The translations under genes and the position numbers were made by a program. From NCBI GenBank assembly GCA_965215885.1, contig CBDCEW010000063.1, positions 1 through 32,966 on the forward strand: a stretch of DNA of 32,966 bases. Reading direction: 5' to 3'. This document shows positions 26,399 to 32,966 of the stretch, piece after piece; within the stretch, counting starts at the first letter, position 1; each line of letters opens with the position of its first letter. The stretch comes from Candidatus Moanibacter sp. (GTDB lineage: Bacteria; Verrucomicrobiota; Verrucomicrobiia; Opitutales; UBA2987). A model generated the notes under the pieces. It worked only from the letters and a program-made list of their open reading frames with translations. It ran no database searches and was not told the origin of the DNA.

Positions 26399-27937
26399 AT
26401 GGCTAACCTGATTGGGATTGATGTCGGGACTTCCTCGGCGAAGGCGGTGCTGATTGACCAGGAGGGTCGAGTGGTGGCGTCCCGGGCGCCTGAGTATGCG
26501 TTCAGGACACCTCGGCCTCTTTGGGCCGAGAGCGATCCGAGTGACTGGTGGGAAGCAACGGTGGCAGCTATTCAAGGTCTTCTCGGTGAGACGGGGCTCA
26601 GTGGAGGTGATGTTGCAGGGCTGGGATTGACAGGTCAGATGCACGGTCTCGTGATGCTCGACTCCGGCGGAAAAGTGTTGCGCCCATGCATCATGTGGAA
26701 CGACCAGAGGACCGAGTCGCAGTGCAGAGCGATCACGGATATCGTGGGAGCGGAGCGGGCAGTCGAGCTGACAGGCAACCCCATCCTTCCCGGTTTTACC
26801 GCCCCCAAGATTGTCTGGGTGCGCGAAAATGAACCCGAGATATATGCGAAGACAGCGAAAGTCCTTTTGCCTAAAGACTACGTTCGGTATCGCCTGTCCG
26901 GCGAATTCTTTACCGATGTTTCGGATGCATCCGGGATGTCTCTTCTGGATGTCGAGAAGCGCCAGTGGTCGCAGGAGATGCTTGATGCATGTGACGTTCC
27001 GCGGGAGTGGATGGGAGAGGTCACGGAGTCGCCCGTGGCATCGACAAAGCTGAGCGCGGAGGCGGCGCAGATCACGGGTCTGCTTGAAGGGACGCCGATA
27101 ATTGCGGGCGGGGGAGACCAGGCGGCACAGGCCGTGGGATGCGGCATTGTGAGGGAAGGTGTGGTGTCGGCTACCTTGGGAACCTCCGGCGTGGTCTTTG
27201 CACACAGCGACGAGTATCGGGTGGAGCCGGAGGGAAAACTGCATGCCTTTTGCCACGCGGTTCCGGGGAAATGGCATTTGATGGGGGTGATGTTGTCCGC
27301 TGCTGGTAGTTTCCAATGGTATCGTAATACTTTGGGTGGCGAGGAACTGGCTTTGGAAGAGGAAACGGGAATAGATGCCTACGATACGCTAACCGAAGGT
27401 GCTTCAGAGGTTCCGGAAGGTTCGGAGGGGCTCATCTTTCTGCCTTACCTGACCGGGGAGCGCACGCCCTATCCGGATCCCAATGCAAAAGGAGTATTCT
27501 TTGGGCTTTCTCTGCGGCATACCAAAGCGCACATGACCAGGTCGGTTTTGGAGGGAGTCACGTTTGGGCTGCGCGATTCTCTCGAGTTAATCCGTGGCCT
27601 TGGCACGAGAATCGATCATGTCGTTGCATCCGGCGGCGGAGCCAAGAGTCCTTTTTGGCGTCAGCTGCTTGCCGACATTTTTGGTTCAAGGATTGTCATC
27701 GTGAATTCGACGGAGGGGGCGGCCTACGGTGCGGCGATTCTGGCAGGTGTTGGAGCGGGTGTCTATGCAAGCGTCGAGAAAGCCTGTGATCAGCTCATTC
27801 GAGTCACCGAAGAGTCATCGACAAGCGAGCGAATGTCCGTCTACTCCGAATATTACGAGCGTTACAAGGCTCTCTATCCCGCCTTGAAGGACGAGTTCAA
27901 TGCGATTGCCGCTCTAGTCGAAAAGTACCAGGACTAG
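26399..27937 (+). CDS. xylB: Xylulokinase
   Basis: GIDVGTS, GQMHG, WNDQRT, GFTAPK, GGGDQAA, PYLTGERTP; follows xylA. Confidence 0.95.
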   Translation: MANLIGIDVGTSSAKAVLIDQEGRVVASRAPEYAFRTPRPLWAESDPSDWWEATVAAIQGLLGETGLSGGDVAGLGLTGQMHGLVMLDSGGKVLRPCIMWNDQRTESQCRAITDIVGAERAVELTGNPILPGFTAPKIVWVRENEPEIYAKTAKVLLPKDYVRYRLSGEFFTDVSDASGMSLLDVEKRQWSQEMLDACDVPREWMGEVTESPVASTKLSAEAAQITGLLEGTPIIAGGGDQAAQAVGCGIVREGVVSATLGTSGVVFAHSDEYRVEPEGKLHAFCHAVPGKWHLMGVMLSAAGSFQWYRNTLGGEELALEEETGIDAYDTLTEGASEVPEGSEGLIFLPYLTGERTPYPDPNAKGVFFGLSLRHTKAHMTRSVLEGVTFGLRDSLELIRGLGTRIDHVVASGGGAKSPFWRQLLADIFGSRIVIVNSTEGAAYGAAILAGVGAGVYASVEKACDQLIRVTEESSTSERMSVYSEYYERYKALYPALKDEFNAIAALVEKYQD

Positions 27938-28115
27938 CCCGGACATTTCACAAACCATCTGCTGCGACCACGGATGTCACTGCGCCTCAAGGCCTTCTCT
28001 TGTCCGGCGACCTCAGAGAGTTCCAACACACTGTCGCCCGCCGGACTGCGAAAAGACCTTGATCCGCAGCAACCTACGCCGTCTCGCTACGATGTGTGTG
28101 AAATGTCCGGGCTAG
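27934..28115. mobile_element. About 180-bp MITE/REP-like element in a CTAG site
   Basis: Perfect 19-bp IR CTAGCCCGGACATTTCACA (27934-27952) / TGTGAAATGTCCGGGCTAG (28097-28115). Confidence 0.8.
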
Positions 28116-28824
28116 GCGCCCACTTCCTGGCGTTTTGCAAAGTAGCTGAGCAGGACATTTTTCATCGACTCCGGAGTGATTGGCTTTGGGAGGAAGTCAT
28201 TCATGCCGGAATCTATGCACCGTTGACGGTCGGATGGGAGGGCGTATGCCGTGATCGCGATGATATGCGGCAGTTGGTGGCCCTGAAGACGTTTTCTAAT
28301 CTCTCGCGTTGCCTGGAGTCCATCCATCTCGGGCATTTCAACATCCATGAAGATCAAGTCGTATCGGTTGGTACCGACCGCCCTGACGGCTTCTCTCCCG
28401 TTCGCTACCGTGTCGATGCTATAGCCGAATTTTTTCAACATCTGAATCGCGAGGCACTGGTTCGCAGGATTGTCTTCAGCAAGCAGTATGCTGCAGGGGT
28501 TGCCCTCCGATAGATTCGTGAAGCGAACACCTGCTTCCGCAACTGTAGATGGTTGGTCTCTCTCCTGAGTAGTGTCGCTAATTCCCACGCGAACGGTAAA
28601 ATGAAAGACAGCGCCTTCGTCAGCTCTGCTCTCTGCCCACATCGTGCCTCCAAAAGCTTCCGCAATTCGTTTGCTTATAGCTAGTCCAAGGCCCGAGCCC
28701 CCGTATCGTCGAATCGTTGATGAGTCTCCCTGGCTGAAGGGTTCAAAGATGTCTTTCAGCGTAAACGACCGGTGAACTGCCCTATGGATCGCGGCATGCG
28801 CGAGGATCCTGGCAGTGTCCGGGT

Positions 28825-30327
28825 TCAAGAGGCTGCGAGCGGTTCGCCTGTTCGGGTCGGCTTCCAATTCGCCGGAGCGAGTTCGGCGATCTCGGTGATG
28901 TTCATGTCCGGCAATCTTTTGAGGACGTCAGTGAGGTAAGCGGATGGTTCAATTGCGTGCCGCCGGCAACTCTCAATGATCGAGTAGATTACGGCGCTTC
29001 TCCAACCGGCCTTGGGGTGGCCGATGAACATCCAGTTTTTCTTTCCCAAGGCGGTCGGCCGGATAGCATTCTCAATGAGGTTATTGTCGATTTCAACCTT
29101 GCCATGCTCGAGGTAGCGCTTGAGTGATTCCCACTGGTTCAGAGCATACTCAACGGCTTCACCCATTTTGCTCCGCGGCAAGGCCCGCCGTTTGAGTATA
29201 GGCAAGGCTTTGCCCAAGCGTTCCACGATCATCCGACCATGGCTTTTCCGGTAGGCTTCGCGCAAGGCGGGACCGGCCCGCTGTTCGCGCAGATGGCGCT
29301 CGTCTCTGTAGAGATTGTGGATCTGCCGCACCACCCAGCCGGCCAGCTTCGGATTCTCATCCATCGCCTCCACAAATTTGCGTCGCAGGTGTGCCCAGCA
29401 CCCAAACAGGGTAATCCCGTTATGCTCCCGGGCGAAACTGCCATAGGCTGCGTAACCGTCGGGTTGGAGCAACCCTTCGTATCCGTTGAGGAACTGCTCG
29501 AGACATTTTACCCCACGGCCTGTGTGCCAGTCGTAGAGCACCTCGCCGCCGGGTCGCCCGTAGACCCACAGGTATCCTTTCCTGCAGCCCTCTTTCTTGC
29601 CTGCGTCCGGATCCAGGTAGCGGATGGGCGTTTCGTCCGCCTGGATGTAACCGCCCTCGAACAATTGTAAGCACATGTAGTTGTAGATGGGTTTTAGCCA
29701 TTGCGCTACCTGGTGGATCCAATCGAGCATGCTCTGGCGCGCCACCCTTACTCCGTAGCGTTCCCGGAAAATCTTCTCCTGCCGATACAACGGCAGGTGA
29801 TCGACGTATTTGCTCAGTAATATGTGCACCAAAAGCCCCACTCCAGGGATCCCTTTTTCAATCAGCCGCGATGGTAATGGCGCCAGCACGGGAGGTTCCT
29901 GGGGCTTTTCGCGAGATACATATTTGCGCCGTATATAGCGCCGCCTGATAAATCGGGCCGGGAGCAAATCTAACTCTTCAGTGACTTCCTCACCGATCAA
30001 CCGCCACTTTTGCGGTTCAACCTTCACCGCTTCGGGTTCGATTACGATCTCTTCGACTTCCAGGTGCTCGGGCAGACGCTGTCGCCTCGCCCCAGCTCCT
30101 TTGCGCGCCTTCGGCTCGGGTGGTGGCTCTGCCGTTTGCTCAGCGGGTTTGTTTTCCTCGGCCTGCTCCAGCCCGGCCAGGAGCAATTCCAGCTGTCCCG
30201 GATCGATCCGCTCGCTTTGGTTGCCTCCAAAGTAGCGCTTAATGAGCCAGCCGATCTTCTGTCGTAAAAGCCGATTCTCCTCTCGGAGTTGCTCCAGCTC
30301 TGTTTGCAAAACCTCGACTTCAGGCAT
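28825..30327 (-). CDS. tnpC: IS66 transposase TnpC
   Basis: [43 protein letters not shown]. Confidence 0.93.
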   Translation of the reverse strand: MPEVEVLQTELEQLREENRLLRQKIGWLIKRYFGGNQSERIDPGQLELLLAGLEQAEENKPAEQTAEPPPEPKARKGAGARRQRLPEHLEVEEIVIEPEAVKVEPQKWRLIGEEVTEELDLLPARFIRRRYIRRKYVSREKPQEPPVLAPLPSRLIEKGIPGVGLLVHILLSKYVDHLPLYRQEKIFRERYGVRVARQSMLDWIHQVAQWLKPIYNYMCLQLFEGGYIQADETPIRYLDPDAGKKEGCRKGYLWVYGRPGGEVLYDWHTGRGVKCLEQFLNGYEGLLQPDGYAAYGSFAREHNGITLFGCWAHLRRKFVEAMDENPKLAGWVVRQIHNLYRDERHLREQRAGPALREAYRKSHGRMIVERLGKALPILKRRALPRSKMGEAVEYALNQWESLKRYLEHGKVEIDNNLIENAIRPTALGKKNWMFIGHPKAGWRSAVIYSIIESCRRHAIEPSAYLTDVLKRLPDMNITEIAELAPANWKPTRTGEPLAAS

Positions 30328-30394
30328 GAAAACAATACTAAACTAACGGTAATAAGAAAAGCAATACTTTTTCAAAAAAATCACTTTTTTTGAC

Positions 30395-30745
30395 CTAACG
30401 CTGATACCAGGGCCGCATCTTCCCCTCCCTCAGGTCGATCCCGTTCAAGAGCATGCTCAACGCTTCAGGGCGCAATGGAAGCTTCTGATCTTTCAAGTCC
30501 ACTCCCTGCGGCCAGCTGAACCGACCCTTCTCTAATCGCTTTGCGAAAACCCATAACCCCGTGCCGTCCCAATACAGAATCTTGACCCGGTCCCGGCTGC
30601 GATTGCAGAAGACAAAGACCGCTCCGCTCAACGGGTCTTCCTTGAGCTGATTGGCCGCCAGGGCGTAGAGACCATTAAAGCTCTTTCGCAGATCCGTTAC
30701 TCCCACGGCCAGGAAAACCTTCATCGTTCCCGGTAAGCTCAGCAT
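30395..30745 (-). CDS. tnpB: IS66 accessory protein TnpB
   Basis: DLRKSFNGL, FVFCNRSRDRVKILYWDGTG, KRLEKGRF; start at ATG 30745. Confidence 0.92.
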   Translation of the reverse strand: MLSLPGTMKVFLAVGVTDLRKSFNGLYALAANQLKEDPLSGAVFVFCNRSRDRVKILYWDGTGLWVFAKRLEKGRFSWPQGVDLKDQKLPLRPEALSMLLNGIDLREGKMRPWYQR

Positions 30746-31104
30746 CCCGATTCCCTCAACGCCTTCACCAGACTCGCCACTTGTTCCACCGCAACACCGC
30801 AGTCCACCTCCACCCGTATCGGGTCCCCTAAGACGATCTCGATCCGATCCTCCGTGACCGCGCTGCTCTGCACCGTAACTTCGGCAAACCGCGCCCCCGC
30901 CGATTTTACCCCGCTGCTTCTGTGCCCGGCCCGGTCCTTGCGCAGCCATCCCATAAAGGTCATATACTTGATACCGTGCCGCTGGGCAAACGCCCTCTGC
31001 GTCTGATTGCTGCGACGGTATGCGCTTATCAGTCGCCTGCGCTCCTGCCGACTTCGTCGAACGATTCGCTTCGACCGTGTCCGCCCTCTCGTTTTTTCTC
31101 CCAT
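30739..31104 (-). CDS. tnpA: IS66 accessory protein TnpA (HTH)
   Basis: YRRSNQTQRAFAQRHGIKYMTFMGW, FAEV; overlaps tnpB start. Confidence 0.8.
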   Translation of the reverse strand: MGEKTRGRTRSKRIVRRSRQERRRLISAYRRSNQTQRAFAQRHGIKYMTFMGWLRKDRAGHRSSGVKSAGARFAEVTVQSSAVTEDRIEIVLGDPIRVEVDCGVAVEQVASLVKALRESGC

Positions 31105-32966
31105 CCCATAATCATATCACGGTCGGCATCTTTGCGCTACAAGGTCGTTGCCCGGTCGCTTACCTTTCAGCAGATCTCCACCAATTCCAATGCCGGTATC
31201 GGCGACCTGAAAATGCAGGACGGTCTGAACTTGATCGGCAGAAAGCGCACTATCGGGTTGATCGCTTTCAGCATCCGACTTTTCTCCTCGGTAGGTTGTC
31301 ACGCTCAGATTCACCTCTCCAGCCTCCGTGAATTTCACGGCGTTATCCATCAGGTTCACCAGGATCTGCCGAAGGCGCATACTGTCACTGATCAGATGGG
31401 TGGGTAGTAACGGATCGATCGAAGTGTGGAGAGAAAGTCCCTTCTGAGCGGCCTTGCTCCTGAAGAGCTCAATGACCTCCGAAACCATCTGTGGAAGGGC
31501 GAATTCCGAAAAATCAAAAGGAAGTTTTCCGGACTCGATTTTTGACATGTCGAGAATGTCATTGATCAGGCTGAGGAGCGAATCACCGGCATTCCGAATC
31601 GTCTCGAGACCCTCCCGGACGTCGTCTTCCAACGGTTCGTCGATTAAGACGCTCGTCATCCCGATGACGACGTTCATCGGAGTTCGAATTTCGTGACTCA
31701 TATTTGCGAGGAATTGGCTCTTTGCCGAATTGGCGGTCTCGGCTGCTACTTTGGCTTCCTCGAGGGCGTTCTCAGTTTGTTTGCGATCTGTAATATCGAG
31801 GAGGGTGCCCATTACGCGAATGGGTTTCCCTTCTGAATCCCTTGCCACTATCCGCCCACGGATGAGAAACCATATGGGATCTCCATTTTTTTTCCTTGCC
31901 AGATATTCACAATTAAAGAAGGGAATCTCGCCCTTGAGGTGTTTTTTTAAGAGACTGTTCACTCGACGATTTTCAGCTTCCGTAGTAACAGCTTTCCATA
32001 GGTCCTCACTCGGGGAGAACTCCCCCTCTTCGTAACCCAGCATTTGGTACCAGCGTCTGTCGCGATAGAATAGGTTGCTTGCTATATCCAGTTCCCAAAT
32101 CGAGAGGTTGGCGCCTTCCAAGGCGGATTGGAGTCTCGTTTCGATCGTCCGGAGCTTATCATCATGCACGATGACAGTGAGGACAGCGTATTCTTCGATG
32201 TCCTTGAGATAGATCGCCTTTCGACGGATAGAGCGAGAGAGGATGCTTCCATCTGTACCTGCAATATCATTGACATGTTGAATAACCGTACCGGGATTCT
32301 CAATGGCTTGAGCCTCATCCTTTCGACTCTTCTCAAGGTCTCTCTGAAAATTCTCATCGACTTTTTCAGGAGGTGTTCCCGCGTAGATATTGAGAAGCGA
32401 AGGTTCGAGGTCGAAGTCGTAGGTGCCGATAAGCGAGTCTGCGGTATGCCCTCGTCCCTCAGCAAACGCAGCGTTGGCTATGAGATATTTGCCATGGCTG
32501 TCCTTCACACCGATTTGCACGTCGGTATTGTCGATAACATCGCGGATCAGCTGTTGCTGACTGATCAGCAACTGTTGGGTCGAAGCGTGTTCCAGGCTGA
32601 GCGCCGCAAGAATGTGGGCGGTTCCGGCGACAAGCCCCATAAACGACCATAGGTTGATCAATTGGACGTTAATTGTGAAATCTCTGGCAATATCGAATTG
32701 AAGGAGAACTCCGACGAGGGCTATGGTGGATGTAAGGATAACAGCTAGAGAGGCGCCCGGTTGCCCAAAGCGCAGTGCGGCCCACATGAGCAAGGGAAAA
32801 GGTATGAATGCGAGCGGATAGAGGAGAATGCCCGTCTCCGTTATGTTTTGAACCATTAAGGTGATTCCGACTAAGAGAATGATAAACAAAAGGGCAGCCT
32901 CAAAAGTGCGTTTGCGTGTCCAGTCTTTGAAATACGAAATGTCGGAGCAGAGTATGATAGGAGCGA

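Larger units (their letters stand above)
28761..31163 (-). mobile_element. IS66-family element, 2403 bp
   Basis: TIRs GTAAACGACCGG / GTAAGCGACCGG; 8-bp target duplication CTTTCAGC (28753-28760, 31164-31171); tnpA-tnpB-tnpC order. Confidence 0.95.
28112..32966 (-). pseudogene. MASE1-PAS-HisKA-HATPase-REC hybrid sensor kinase split by IS66 (pieces >32966-31164 and 28760-28112)
   Basis: PFPLLMWAALRFG, FLANMSHEIRTPMN, NLMDNAVKFT, DTGIGIGGDLLK joins [41 protein letters not shown]; frame open to window end. Confidence 0.92.

Noticed and set aside
26357..27316. 319-aa minus-strand ORF and similar long antisense ORFs (4186-4896, 7032-7880, 20896-21573)
   Set aside because: Shadow frames opposite well-supported genes, with no protein motifs.

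Overview
Bacterial DNA of about 55% GC. The attC and intergenic repeat styles suggest a PVC-group (Verrucomicrobiota-like) organism, which is an inference. Three zones. (1) 1-11.4 kb: a decayed integron cassette array with four attC sites, no integrase in the window, one cassette present twice and toxin-antitoxin genes. It is hit by three ISs: an ISNCY/IS5-like element, an unusual 2375-bp IS with a 741-aa transposase that splits a metallo-beta-lactamase-fold gene, and an IS1380. (2) 11.5-27.9 kb: a hexuronate/xylose catabolic cluster (uxaE, two 2-hydroxyacid dehydrogenases, kdgK, SDR, uxaC, Gfo/Idh/MocA, xylA, xylB). Its intergenic spaces hold two GxxExxY nuclease genes each bracketed by its own inverted repeats, orphan copies of those ends, a 130-bp tandem amplification of one junction, a vapBC pair, MITEs and a GHKL/MORC-like ATPase. 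(3) 28.1-33 kb: a MASE1-PAS hybrid histidine kinase split by an intact IS66. The most notable observation is the IR-bounded GxxExxY units. One exactly fills the gap from the xylA stop codon to the xylB start codon and looks like a small operon-parasitising element. No rRNA, tRNA or CRISPR seen.
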